From NCBI GenBank assembly GCA_913060705.1, contig CAJXTX010000004.1, positions 7,320 through 71,319 of the forward strand: a DNA stretch of 64,000 bases, read 5' to 3'. The DNA comes from an uncultured Bacteroidota bacterium (GTDB lineage Bacteria; Bacteroidota; Bacteroidia; Flavobacteriales; Flavobacteriaceae). Each line of letters opens with the position of its first letter. Position 1 is the first letter of the stretch. Shown here in pieces: positions 8,316-19,400 of the stretch. Below the pieces are notes generated by a model. That model made no database searches and was not told the origin of the DNA. It was given only the letters and a program-made list of their open reading frames with translations. The translations under genes were made by a program, and so were the position numbers.

Positions 8316-9973
8316 TAGGGTGTGCTTATAGTTAGTCTGTTACTGTTGATTGTTGGCGGTAAGTCTTCCACTTTGAGGCCAAAGCGCAGATGATAGCGCT
8401 TCTTATCACTCAAACGCGGGACGGTTACCGTATCGCGTACTGTTTGATTCGATTTTATAGATAAATTTTGGATCACATCGCCCTCCTTCAATATGCGTTC
8501 TCCTTCTAACAAATAATAGCGAAGATCAGCCCTGTTGATTGATTCTTGCCCTATAGCAAAAGGATAAGGATTATTGATCAAAAGCGCATACTCCCCGTTG
8601 CTTAATGGGGTAATTTTGACATCCACCTTATCAAAGGCACTAAAGCGATCGATAAATTGGTAGTAAATCCGCGCATTATTTGAAGCTGTATATGTGTCAA
8701 AACCAGGTTGATTTCTTTTGTGATGCACTAGAAGTACCTCTTGGTCTCTAAACGCTTCTTCTCTACCCCAATAATCAAATTGAGTGTTGTTGAAATAGAC
8801 CGTGCTTAGTGTATGAGCCTCTTGCTTACTGTAAAACTCATATCTCGAAGCATTTTCATAACTATTGATAAATACAATAGGCCTTCCGTCAGAAAGCGTC
8901 GAGAGCTCTGAGGCCCATTGGTCCCAATCGTGTAAGGGTTCTAGAGATCGGCTAATTGATGTGGGCAAATAATCAACACTTAAGTAAAGTCTAAAAAGAA
9001 GAAAGAAGAAGACAGAAAATCTTCCCAGACGACGTACCCATAAGCTCAAACGCTCTGATTTTGAAACAGGGTCGAAAGCTAAAACCATTAATGGAACCAG
9101 AACTACACTAGTCCAATGTTTATGTATAAAGACCTTGAAAGACTGATACAAGAAAAAGGCTAAAACCCCAAAGAATACCCACTTCAAGGCTGCATTTAAG
9201 GTGGATTTTTCAATGGGTCTTGTTAGACCTATAAATAAGGGTATACTCACTAAAGGCCCTAAAACGATAGGTTGAGAAAGCACGTAAGACACCACATTAG
9301 CAGGATTAAAACTAATATCCGCACGGTCATTCAAATGAAAGACAATACTCGACCAGTCGTTTTGATAAAGCCAATAAATATGCGGAAGCATAAATAGTAT
9401 ACTGAGGATCACAATAGCCCAGAAAGATCGCCTTTGAAGTAACTTAAAATTGGATAGTAACGTAAAGAACACGATTAAGACACCGTGGTATTTACTGAGT
9501 AACATACCAACAACAGCCAATGAGACCCCTAGAATGTTCACCCACTTTTCATTTGCTACGTAACGCTTGTAAAACCAAAAAAAGAGCACCTCAAAAAATA
9601 GCAGTGGCACATCGGTCTTAACCAAAAAGCTACCCGCATGTACGGCGAGTAAACCAACTGTCATAAAAATGAAGAGTCTTAGGTGCTTTCTACCCAACAG
9701 ATCGTATAATAGTGCTAAGGTGGCCGTACTGAGTAAACTAGAGAACAATCGTGCTCCAAACTCAGTGGAGTCAAAAAGGGATCCCAAATAGGCAAAAAAG
9801 GCAACCGCTGGTGGGTGATCTAAATACCCCCATTGAAGATGTTGTGAAAAGAGCCAATAATAGGCCTCCTCACCCGATAAAGGCATAAACGCTCCCTGAA
9901 CTGCTCCGGCTAGAAACCAAAGCAAGAGAAAGACGATAAGCGTACTAGGACGTTCCTTTATAACGAAATTCAT
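8315..9973 (-). CDS. Second GT-C fold (GT39/ArnT-like) membrane glycosyltransferase with about 200-aa C-terminal soluble domain
   Basis: The N-terminal loop is GEEAYYWLFSQHLQWGYLDHPP (DEAYYW...DHPP type). There are multiple TM segments. The C-terminal third is hydrophilic. Confidence 0.7.
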   Translation of the reverse strand: MNFVIKERPSTLIVFLLLWFLAGAVQGAFMPLSGEEAYYWLFSQHLQWGYLDHPPAVAFFAYLGSLFDSTEFGARLFSSLLSTATLALLYDLLGRKHLRLFIFMTVGLLAVHAGSFLVKTDVPLLFFEVLFFWFYKRYVANEKWVNILGVSLAVVGMLLSKYHGVLIVFFTLLSNFKLLQRRSFWAIVILSILFMLPHIYWLYQNDWSSIVFHLNDRADISFNPANVVSYVLSQPIVLGPLVSIPLFIGLTRPIEKSTLNAALKWVFFGVLAFFLYQSFKVFIHKHWTSVVLVPLMVLAFDPVSKSERLSLWVRRLGRFSVFFFLLFRLYLSVDYLPTSISRSLEPLHDWDQWASELSTLSDGRPIVFINSYENASRYEFYSKQEAHTLSTVYFNNTQFDYWGREEAFRDQEVLLVHHKRNQPGFDTYTASNNARIYYQFIDRFSAFDKVDVKITPLSNGEYALLINNPYPFAIGQESINRADLRYYLLEGERILKEGDVIQNLSIKSNQTVRDTVTVPRLSDKKRYHLRFGLKVEDLPPTINSNRLTISTP

Positions 9974-10018
9974 GAGGCAATTCTAAGAAGCGAAATTAAG
10001 GCTTTTAACTCCGCAATG

Positions 10019-11200
10019 TCACGAAATAACACCAGAACCAATCAACTCGTCATCGTTGTACCAAACAGCGAATTGCCCAGGTGTTATGGCAGATTGCGGA
10101 TGCGCGAACTGAATATACAATCCACCGGTTTCAGGGTCAGGAATAAGCGTGGCATCTTGTAAAGGTTGGCGATACCTGATTCGTGCTTTTACCCGTGTTA
10201 GAGCTCTAAGATCTTCTCTGAGAAAGTGAACGTCCTCTGGTGAGATGAACAAAGTATCCCTCCACAACGCCCAATGATCACTACCCTGTCCGACATAAAT
10301 ACAATTGGTTTGAGTATCTAGTCCGACCACAAAAAGAGGTTCTTTTGTACCTCCAACCGCTAGCCCTTTACGTTGGCCCAATGTGAAAAAATGAGCTCCA
10401 CTATGCGTCCCAATCTCGACTCCCATCTCAGGAGAAAATTCAAAGGCCTTACTTCTTAAGGCTAGTGTTTCTGGTAGCTTGGTCGGCTCTAGGCTTCTAG
10501 GTATTTCAATAATCTTGCCCTTTAAAGGCTCTAACCGTTGTTGCAAGAATTCAGGAAGTCGCACCTTGCCGATAAAACAAAGGCCTTGAGAATCTCGTTT
10601 TTCAGCCGTAATAAGCTGTGCAGAACGCGCTATTTCGCGAACCTCAGACTTTTGAAGTTCTCCGATAGGAAAAAGGCTTTTGGCAAGCTGATCCTGGTTC
10701 AATTGGCATAGAAAATAGGACTGATCTTTAGAGCCATCAGCACCGGCGAGCAGTCTGTAGATCTTGCGTCCGTCTTTTTCAATTTCGTCCTTTCTACAGT
10801 AGTGTCCGGTGGCCACAAAATCGGCCCCCAATGCAAGGGCTTTCTTGAGGAAAACGTCGAATTTTATCTCACGGTTACAAAGCACATCCGGATTAGGTGT
10901 CCTCCCGGCCTGATATTCGCGAAACATGTAATCGACAATACGCTCTTTGTAGACTTCGCTTAGATCAATCGTTTGAAACGGTATTTGAAGACGCTCTGCC
11001 ACAATCAAGGCATCATTAGAGTCTTCTAACCAAGGACATTCATCTGAGATCGTTACCGAGTCATCGTGCCAATTTTTCATGAAAAGACCGATCACTTGAT
11101 ACCCCTTCTCTTTCAATAAATAGGCAGCTACGCTTGAATCGACCCCTCCGGATAGACCGACAACTACTTTAGTCTCTGAAATAGGTTTTACCTGCGTCAT
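10019..11200 (-). CDS. mnmA: tRNA 2-thiouridine(34) synthase MnmA
   Basis: The PP-loop is [10 protein letters not shown], and the conserved blocks are [12 protein letters not shown] and DQSYFL. I chose the ATG at 11200. The ORF track extends to a GTG at 11209. Confidence 0.9.
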   Translation of the reverse strand: MTQVKPISETKVVVGLSGGVDSSVAAYLLKEKGYQVIGLFMKNWHDDSVTISDECPWLEDSNDALIVAERLQIPFQTIDLSEVYKERIVDYMFREYQAGRTPNPDVLCNREIKFDVFLKKALALGADFVATGHYCRKDEIEKDGRKIYRLLAGADGSKDQSYFLCQLNQDQLAKSLFPIGELQKSEVREIARSAQLITAEKRDSQGLCFIGKVRLPEFLQQRLEPLKGKIIEIPRSLEPTKLPETLALRSKAFEFSPEMGVEIGTHSGAHFFTLGQRKGLAVGGTKEPLFVVGLDTQTNCIYVGQGSDHWALWRDTLFISPEDVHFLREDLRALTRVKARIRYRQPLQDATLIPDPETGGLYIQFAHPQSAITPGQFAVWYNDDELIGSGVIS

Positions 11201-11207
11201 TTCAACC

Positions 11208-11215
11208 ACAAAGGT
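11208..11215 (-). promoter_or_regulatory. Candidate -7 box TACCTTTG eight nt upstream of the mnmA ATG
   Basis: The minus strand reads TACCTTTG-TGGTTGAA-ATG. Confidence 0.3.
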
Positions 11216-11236
11216 AAGCCGAATGCCAATTCGAGT

Positions 11237-13099
11237 CTATTTACCGAGCTTCTTTTGATTCTCGGCTTGTTCCATCATCTCTCTCATTTTGCGCTGAAAC
11301 TTATTCTCTTTCTTAGGCTTCTCACGGTTTTGTTGAACCTGAAGGTGAATTTTGGTTTCGTCGATGATGTAGTTCTTGATGACTAGCATGATCGCAATGG
11401 TCAAGAGGTTTGAGATAAAGTAATACAAACTGAGACCAGAGGCGTAATTGTTAAAGAAGAACAACATCATTACTGGAGACAAATACATGATGAATTTCAT
11501 GTTTGGCATTCCGGGTTGTTGTTGCATCTGCATGGTCTGGCCTGTAGTCATCTGCATGTAGAAGAAAATAGCTACTGAGGCCAAAATCGGGAACAAACTA
11601 ATATGATCTCCATAGAACGGAATCGCAAAGGGAAGATCTACCACCGTATCATAAGAAGATAAATCGTCTACCCATAAGAACGACTTCTGTCTAAGGCTGA
11701 AGGCTGTTGGGAAAAAGCTAAATAATGCATAGAACACCGGAAGCTGCAAAAGAGCAGGTACGCAACCGCTCATCGGATTTACACCTGCCAAATTATACAG
11801 CTTCATTGTTTCTTGCTGCTTCTTCATCGCATTGTCTTGATACTTCTTATTGATCTCTTGAACTTCAGGCTGAATAACTTTCATCTTGGCCTGAGAGACG
11901 TAACTCTTATACGTAACCGGAGAAAGAACGAGACGCACAACCAAGGTCATAACGATGATCGCAATACCGAATGGGAAGACTGAGGCTAATGCATCAAAGA
12001 ACGGATTGAAGACATAGCGGTTCAAGGTTCCAAAGATTCCCCATCCGAATGGAATCGATTCAATGATACCCAGATCTTTGTGAGGAGCCATCGCTTTCGG
12101 GTCTGTTGGGCCCATATAGAGATACAGCGAGCTGCTTAATTCTCCACCGATACGATCTAAGCCGGTCTCAGTAGTGTATTTTTTGGTGAAGGCTATCGCT
12201 TTTGATTCTTCATCTACCAAATTTTCAGAACGAAGGGTAACCTGTTCGAATGGCTTATCTGATCCGAGTATCGCACTAAAAAAGTGATGTCTATTAGATA
12301 CCCAATCTACATTCTCAACTGTTTCTTCATCGCTTTCTGAGGTAGCTGAAAGCTTTTTAATTGTCCCCTGATCGTAACTGTAGGTAAGCCGTGTATAGCG
12401 GTTTTCATACTCCACACTCTGATCGTTTCTGGGTGCCCAATACTCCCACTTAAGCGCAACCTTATCTGATGGATCGAGATACGCATTAAGGTTTTGAGTA
12501 CGTATGTCTAAATCGATTAGATAGTTGGAGGCATGAAAGGTATAGCGATACTCTAGAAAGCTCTGTTCGTCTGTATAAGCTCTAAACACAAGCACCGTAT
12601 TCTCTCCTGAAGTTTCCTTTTCTGAAGTAAAAAGCAATTCAGAGGTTTGAATGAGTCGGTTGTCTCTGGTTCTAAAACTTAGACCAAAATCTGAATAATC
12701 GCCTTCTACTAACTGAACTGGGTTTCCTTCATAATCTTGGTGATCGTTTAGCGTTAAACCAACAAGCTGTGCTCCTCGAGAAGCAAAGGTTGCTGTAAAC
12801 GGATCGGTCTGAATCTGAACCAAGGTATCGACCGCTTGTGTAAACCCGAATGGCCCAGCCTGAAGGGCGTAGGCACTATTATCAACAGGTTTAGCTAATG
12901 GGGCTGCAGCCTCAGGAGATACTGCATTTTGATTCTCTGAATTATTTAGAGATTCTTGCGCTTCTTGCTGCGCTGCTTCTAGGCGCTGAGCCTCTAATTC
13001 TTCTGGACTAGGTTGATTGAGATACAACCAACCGAGCATAATGGCAAATATTAGGGCAAAACCTATGATGGCGTTTTTATCGAGACTTCGATCTTCCAT
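11237..13099 (-). CDS. yidC: Membrane protein insertase YidC (long Bacteroidota type)
   Basis: It has an N-terminal TM, a large periplasmic domain and a C-terminal 60-kDa IMP core (MKVIQPEVQEINKKY, GCVPALLQLPVF). Confidence 0.9.
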   Translation of the reverse strand: MEDRSLDKNAIIGFALIFAIMLGWLYLNQPSPEELEAQRLEAAQQEAQESLNNSENQNAVSPEAAAPLAKPVDNSAYALQAGPFGFTQAVDTLVQIQTDPFTATFASRGAQLVGLTLNDHQDYEGNPVQLVEGDYSDFGLSFRTRDNRLIQTSELLFTSEKETSGENTVLVFRAYTDEQSFLEYRYTFHASNYLIDLDIRTQNLNAYLDPSDKVALKWEYWAPRNDQSVEYENRYTRLTYSYDQGTIKKLSATSESDEETVENVDWVSNRHHFFSAILGSDKPFEQVTLRSENLVDEESKAIAFTKKYTTETGLDRIGGELSSSLYLYMGPTDPKAMAPHKDLGIIESIPFGWGIFGTLNRYVFNPFFDALASVFPFGIAIIVMTLVVRLVLSPVTYKSYVSQAKMKVIQPEVQEINKKYQDNAMKKQQETMKLYNLAGVNPMSGCVPALLQLPVFYALFSFFPTAFSLRQKSFLWVDDLSSYDTVVDLPFAIPFYGDHISLFPILASVAIFFYMQMTTGQTMQMQQQPGMPNMKFIMYLSPVMMLFFFNNYASGLSLYYFISNLLTIAIMLVIKNYIIDETKIHLQVQQNREKPKKENKFQRKMREMMEQAENQKKLGK

Positions 13100-13128
13100 G
13101 GATTAGTGTTACTTGGTCGCTAAGAAGG

Positions 13129-13136
13129 CAAATATA
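13129..13136 (-). promoter_or_regulatory. Candidate -7 box TATATTTG upstream of yidC
   Basis: It is an exact match to TAnnTTTG on the minus strand, 29 nt upstream of the yidC ATG. Confidence 0.35.
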
Positions 13137-13164
13137 AGGTTTCAAATGCCGACAGCACTGCGTT

Positions 13165-14862
<1,698 letters not shown>

Positions 14863-14880
14863 CTATTGTTAACCGTTTTC

Positions 14881-15753
14881 ATGAAAAGAAGAGATTTTCT
14901 GCAAAATGTTCCAGCGGCCCTTATGGCAACTCCGCTAGCTACGCCGTTCGTACTTGAGTCTTCTCAAGACTTAGAGCGCAGCATTCCCATAAATCATTCC
15001 GTTGCGCGTTGGTGTTTAAGTCAATACGAACTCGACGAACTCTTGCCGCGACTTAAAGACATCGGTATTCATTCGATTGATCTTGTCGGACCTCAAGATT
15101 ATCAAACACTCAAAAAATACGACATGCATTGCAGCATGTGCGAGGGAGCTGCGATCAGTCTGACCGAGGGCTTTAACGATCCTCAATATCACGATGAATT
15201 GGTAAAGCGTTACACTGATGCAATTCCTAAAGTGGCAGATGCCGGATTCACCAATCTGATATGCTTTAGCGGAAACAGACGCGGAATGGACGATCTGGTC
15301 GGATTAGAAAACTGTGCAATAGGTTTAGAACGCATCTTACCCTTAGCAGAAAAATACGGGGTAGTGATTCAAATGGAACTCTTTAACGCACAAGACCATC
15401 CTGACTACATGTGCGATTCAAGTTTATGGGGTATTAGTCTTTGCAGAAGATTAGGCACTGAACACTTTAAGTTGTTATACGACATCTATCACATGCAAAT
15501 ACAAGAAGGAGATATCATTCACCAAATCACTGAGTATCACGAGTATTTTGGCCATTATCACACCGCTGGGGTACCGGGAAGAAATGAGATAGGTGCAAAT
15601 CAAGAACTCTATTACCCGGCGATCATGCGAGCCATAGCAAAAACAGGGTTTACGGGTTATGTAGCACAAGAATTTATTCCTACCAATAAGGATCCTTTTA
15701 TCTCTATGGCTGAGGCGATAGGAATTTGCGAAGGAAGTCGACTACCTCAGTAG
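14881..15753 (+). CDS. Xylose-isomerase-like TIM-barrel protein (hydroxypyruvate isomerase-like) with twin-arginine-type signal
   Basis: The N-terminus is MKRRDFLQNVPAALMA. The AP-endonuclease-2/sugar-phosphate-isomerase style blocks are QMELFN and HYHTAG. Confidence 0.8.
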   Translation: MKRRDFLQNVPAALMATPLATPFVLESSQDLERSIPINHSVARWCLSQYELDELLPRLKDIGIHSIDLVGPQDYQTLKKYDMHCSMCEGAAISLTEGFNDPQYHDELVKRYTDAIPKVADAGFTNLICFSGNRRGMDDLVGLENCAIGLERILPLAEKYGVVIQMELFNAQDHPDYMCDSSLWGISLCRRLGTEHFKLLYDIYHMQIQEGDIIHQITEYHEYFGHYHTAGVPGRNEIGANQELYYPAIMRAIAKTGFTGYVAQEFIPTNKDPFISMAEAIGICEGSRLPQ

Positions 15754-17246
15754 TCTTCTTGAGCATCTTCTTCCTCGATGCGCTCTCCGTCTTCGTCGAA
15801 GCGTTCAGGAAATCTCATTTTCTCTATCGCTAATAAGCGATCGGCAAGCCATGTATCAGGAATTTCTGGCCAAGGTTTGAAGGACTCGGGAGCAATCGTA
15901 GAGTCAAGCGCTACGAAATTAAGATCTCTCACCCATTTAAGACGATAGGCAACGTTTTGAAAAGAGTACCCATCCGAGGTTTCATAGTCGATATCCGAAC
16001 CCGCATAACGCTGCAATGACTGCACAATAACAGAATCTGTATTTGCCTTTCTGCGGTTCACCATTACCCGAAAAATAGCGTCTAGCGTTAGGTCAAAAGC
16101 ACGGGTTGTGGTGATAGACGGATTGAATCCAAATTTCTTCTTGAAACCTTGAACGAAGGTATCAGTAGGCCTTCCGTATACCTCTGGATAGGCAAATATG
16201 AGATTGGACAAATGCACCGGGTTCACCTGGTCGTTGAAGTACACCACGCTGGGTGTCGTTGTAAATAGGCGCATGCTTTTGACAGGCTCAGCATTTATTC
16301 CATTCAAAATAGAGACCACCGAAGCGGCTAATCCGGATTGATTGGTTTCTAGAAAGGCCCAATTCGGGATCAAAGAATCGACAATCGAATCCCTAAACTC
16401 AGGAAGCTGTTCAATGGCCAAGTCATTAACTAGCGGAACGTCATAAGCCTCTTCAAACACCTCTATAACCGAACTTCTCGCCTCTTCTTGATCACTATCT
16501 GCGATGAGAAAGACACGCTCTCCTCTGTACTGACTAAGCGCATACGACAACATTTTCTGGCGCATCTGAGTGGCAACCGTACTTCCGTAATAGACGGTAC
16601 CTTCAATATCGGGTTGTGCCTGCATAAACGGAACAAAAACAGGGGTTGCCTTATCCTTGCGATTCAGTAGATACTGTCGAGCTACTCTAGGACTAATAGG
16701 ACCTACAATGAGATCAGATGAAACCGTATCGGTCTGGGCGAAATCAGTCACGCGACCTGGGCTGAGCTGGGTATCTATAAATCGAGACTGAACGTTAATT
16801 TGATGTGTGGCTGCAGAATCTATGGCATACTGAATACCGTAATACATTTCCAAAGCCGTCTGCATATCCCTTCTCAGCTCGATCTGACGCACTAATCCAA
16901 TCGTATCAATAAAACGCAAGGTGTCAATCGGAATTGTAGGGCTGTATAGACTATCAATCACAAGACTGTCCCTGAAGGGTATTCGGTCTTCTCTAAAGGG
17001 AAGCAAAAACAACGCGTTCAAACGCACAGGCTCCTTAGTAACATCAGAAAGATCGTTGATACTGTCAATAATTTGTGCCAGAGCTGTAGTCTCAACCTCC
17101 TCTTGCACAGGTGCAACATAGGTTTCTTGTACAACGGGTTGGTTGCGCTTAGACTTTCTGCGCTTTCGTTGTGCATGACTAGCATCTGGCCAAGCTGCAA
17201 AGAATAGCAGGGCCAAACCGCTCCATAAGATTCGCTTTACTCCCAT
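15747..17246 (-). CDS. Secreted hypothetical protein, possibly periplasmic-binding-protein type 1 fold
   Basis: It has a signal peptide followed by the polybasic [11 protein letters not shown], and an acidic C-terminus. Its start overlaps the guaA stop (ATGGGAGTAA). The fold call comes from weak LivK-like patterns only. Confidence 0.6.
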   Translation of the reverse strand: MGVKRILWSGLALLFFAAWPDASHAQRKRRKSKRNQPVVQETYVAPVQEEVETTALAQIIDSINDLSDVTKEPVRLNALFLLPFREDRIPFRDSLVIDSLYSPTIPIDTLRFIDTIGLVRQIELRRDMQTALEMYYGIQYAIDSAATHQINVQSRFIDTQLSPGRVTDFAQTDTVSSDLIVGPISPRVARQYLLNRKDKATPVFVPFMQAQPDIEGTVYYGSTVATQMRQKMLSYALSQYRGERVFLIADSDQEEARSSVIEVFEEAYDVPLVNDLAIEQLPEFRDSIVDSLIPNWAFLETNQSGLAASVVSILNGINAEPVKSMRLFTTTPSVVYFNDQVNPVHLSNLIFAYPEVYGRPTDTFVQGFKKKFGFNPSITTTRAFDLTLDAIFRVMVNRRKANTDSVIVQSLQRYAGSDIDYETSDGYSFQNVAYRLKWVRDLNFVALDSTIAPESFKPWPEIPDTWLADRLLAIEKMRFPERFDEDGERIEEEDAQEDY

Positions 17247-18766
17247 TCTATTGTTGCCGGTGGTTTTGAGCTAATATCGTACACCACTCGATTGACTCCC
17301 TTAACTCGATTGATAATCGTATTCGAAACTTCTTGAAGAAAAGCATAAGGCAAGTCTACCCAATCTGCAGTCATTCCGTCGGTACTCTCTACAGCTCTTA
17401 AAGCCACCACACTCTCATACGTGCGCTCATCTCCCATGACTCCAACGCTTTTGACGGGCAATAACATCGCGCCTGCTTGCCATACGCTGTCGTAAAGATT
17501 TTCTCTTTTCAGTGCATCTATGAATACCGCATCAACCTCTTGGAGTAAGCTTACGCGCTCAGCACTAACCGCACCGAGAATGCGAATAGCCAAGCCTGGT
17601 CCAGGAAAAGGATGTCGACCGAGCATTTCTTTAGGCATGTCCATAGCGGCTCCTACCCTTCTGACCTCATCCTTAAACAAGCTCTTCAGCGGCTCTACCA
17701 CTTTGAGCTTCATATAATCAGGAAGCCCTCCTACATTGTGATGACTCTTGATCGTCACTGAGGGTCCACCACTTGCTGAAACCGATTCTATTACATCGGG
17801 ATAAATGGTTCCTTGAGCCAACCATTTCGCATTTTCAACCTGTTTTGACTCGTCGTCAAAAACATCTACAAAAACCTTACCTATAATTTTGCGCTTGGTT
17901 TCTGGATCTTCTACATCTGCCAAGGCATCTAAGAAGCGATCTGAAGCATCGACCCCCTTTACATTTAAACCAAATCCTTGATACTGATCGAGAACCAACT
18001 GGTATTCATCCTTGCGCAGAAGCCCATTATTGACAAAAATGCAGTGTAAATTACTACCGATCGCTTTGTGCAAGAGCATTGCGGCAACCGAAGAATCTAC
18101 CCCTCCTGACAACCCTAGTATAACACGCTCATCTTTAAGTTGTTCTTTCAAGGCTGCAACGGTCTCTTCGATAAAAGCGGCAGGTGTCCAGTCTTGCTTT
18201 AGACCCGCGATTGCCACCAAGAAATTTTTAAGTATTTGAGTGCCCTCTGTGGTGTGATACACCTCAGGGTGAAATTGAATGGCGTAGGTCGACTCGCCTT
18301 CTACCCGGTAAGCTACATGTTGTACATCATGAGTACTAGCCAATAACTTGGCATTCTCAGGCAGGGCGGTAATGGTATCTGAATGAGACATCCACACTTG
18401 AGAATCGATCTGGATTCCTTCAAAAAATTGATCCGCGACGATATGCTTCAGTCTCGCACGACCGTATTCTCTGGTGTTAGAGGCCTCAACCTTTCCACCA
18501 TAAGCCGCAGCCAAATATTGGGCCCCGTAACAAATTCCAAGCAAAGGTAGCTTCCCCTTGATTTGCGATAAATCTGGACGCGGAGCATTTTCAGAACGGA
18601 CCGAGTGAGGCGAACCTGAAAGCACTACAGCAGCGTACTCTGAGTAGTCAGACGGGGCTTTGTCGTAAGGAATTATTTCTGAGTAAATATTGAGCTCGCG
18701 AACCCGTCTTGCGATGAGTTGAGTATACTGCGAACCAAAATCGAGAATGAGGACTTTTTGATGCAT
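17237..18766 (-). CDS. guaA: GMP synthase (glutamine-hydrolysing)
   Basis: Motifs are the GATase block GICYGAQ, the PP-loop LSGGVDSS and the C-terminal PPATIEWE. I chose the ATG at 18766. The track starts at a TTG two codons upstream. Confidence 0.95.
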   Translation of the reverse strand: MHQKVLILDFGSQYTQLIARRVRELNIYSEIIPYDKAPSDYSEYAAVVLSGSPHSVRSENAPRPDLSQIKGKLPLLGICYGAQYLAAAYGGKVEASNTREYGRARLKHIVADQFFEGIQIDSQVWMSHSDTITALPENAKLLASTHDVQHVAYRVEGESTYAIQFHPEVYHTTEGTQILKNFLVAIAGLKQDWTPAAFIEETVAALKEQLKDERVILGLSGGVDSSVAAMLLHKAIGSNLHCIFVNNGLLRKDEYQLVLDQYQGFGLNVKGVDASDRFLDALADVEDPETKRKIIGKVFVDVFDDESKQVENAKWLAQGTIYPDVIESVSASGGPSVTIKSHHNVGGLPDYMKLKVVEPLKSLFKDEVRRVGAAMDMPKEMLGRHPFPGPGLAIRILGAVSAERVSLLQEVDAVFIDALKRENLYDSVWQAGAMLLPVKSVGVMGDERTYESVVALRAVESTDGMTADWVDLPYAFLQEVSNTIINRVKGVNRVVYDISSKPPATIEWE

Positions 18767-18769
18767 GCC

Positions 18770-18777
18770 CAAAAATA
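18770..18777 (-). promoter_or_regulatory. Candidate -7 box TATTTTTG three nt upstream of the guaA ATG
   Basis: The minus strand reads TATTTTTG-GGC-ATG. The box overlaps the alternative TTG start given in the ORF track. Confidence 0.35.
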
Positions 18778-18823
18778 GCTATTTGCTTTCGAGAGCACGG
18801 ATTCAAAAGCGTATTTTTAATCA

Positions 18824-19399
18824 ATGAGCAATAAGGAAACCTCTTCTCTCGATCACTATATCTCCCAAATTGATCTTCTACTAAATAGGGCTTTACAGAA
18901 AATAGATCAACTGCATTGGATTACGCTTAGTTCGGTTCAGATAAAAAACGGCGAATCCCTTCCGGATGCACGTACGGTCGTGCTACGCAAAATCCTAAAA
19001 AACAGAGAACTTGTCTTTTACACCGATAGAAGAAGTCCTAAAGTGGAGCAGTTTAAGCAAAATAAAAATGCCGTGGCCCTCCTTTACGATCGCACTGCGC
19101 AGCTACAGTTACGCATTCACGGAGTGATTGAAATTGACACTCAAAGTGCTCTTTATGAAGACGCCCGTGGTCGTATCCCAACTCAGGCTAAAGTCAATTA
19201 CAATACCTTACACGCACCGGGTAGCCCAGCACATAGCATAGAGCCCGATCGGAATAAGGAGGTATTGCACTTCGCTCTTTTAAGGTTTCTTCCGCACACT
19301 TTCGACCTCTTGCACCTGACTCCTGAAGGCGGCAAACGCATTGAAGTTAAAAGCACGAATGAAGGAATGCTTGGTGAGGCGAGATGGCTTGTCCCCTAA
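18824..19399 (+). CDS. Pyridoxamine 5'-phosphate oxidase family FMN-binding protein
   Basis: It has the PNPOx-like split-barrel length and pattern (RTVVLRK, FYTDRRSPK) and a PdxH-like C-terminal ARWLVP. Confidence 0.7.
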   Translation: MSNKETSSLDHYISQIDLLLNRALQKIDQLHWITLSSVQIKNGESLPDARTVVLRKILKNRELVFYTDRRSPKVEQFKQNKNAVALLYDRTAQLQLRIHGVIEIDTQSALYEDARGRIPTQAKVNYNTLHAPGSPAHSIEPDRNKEVLHFALLRFLPHTFDLLHLTPEGGKRIEVKSTNEGMLGEARWLVP

Positions 19400-19400
19400 C

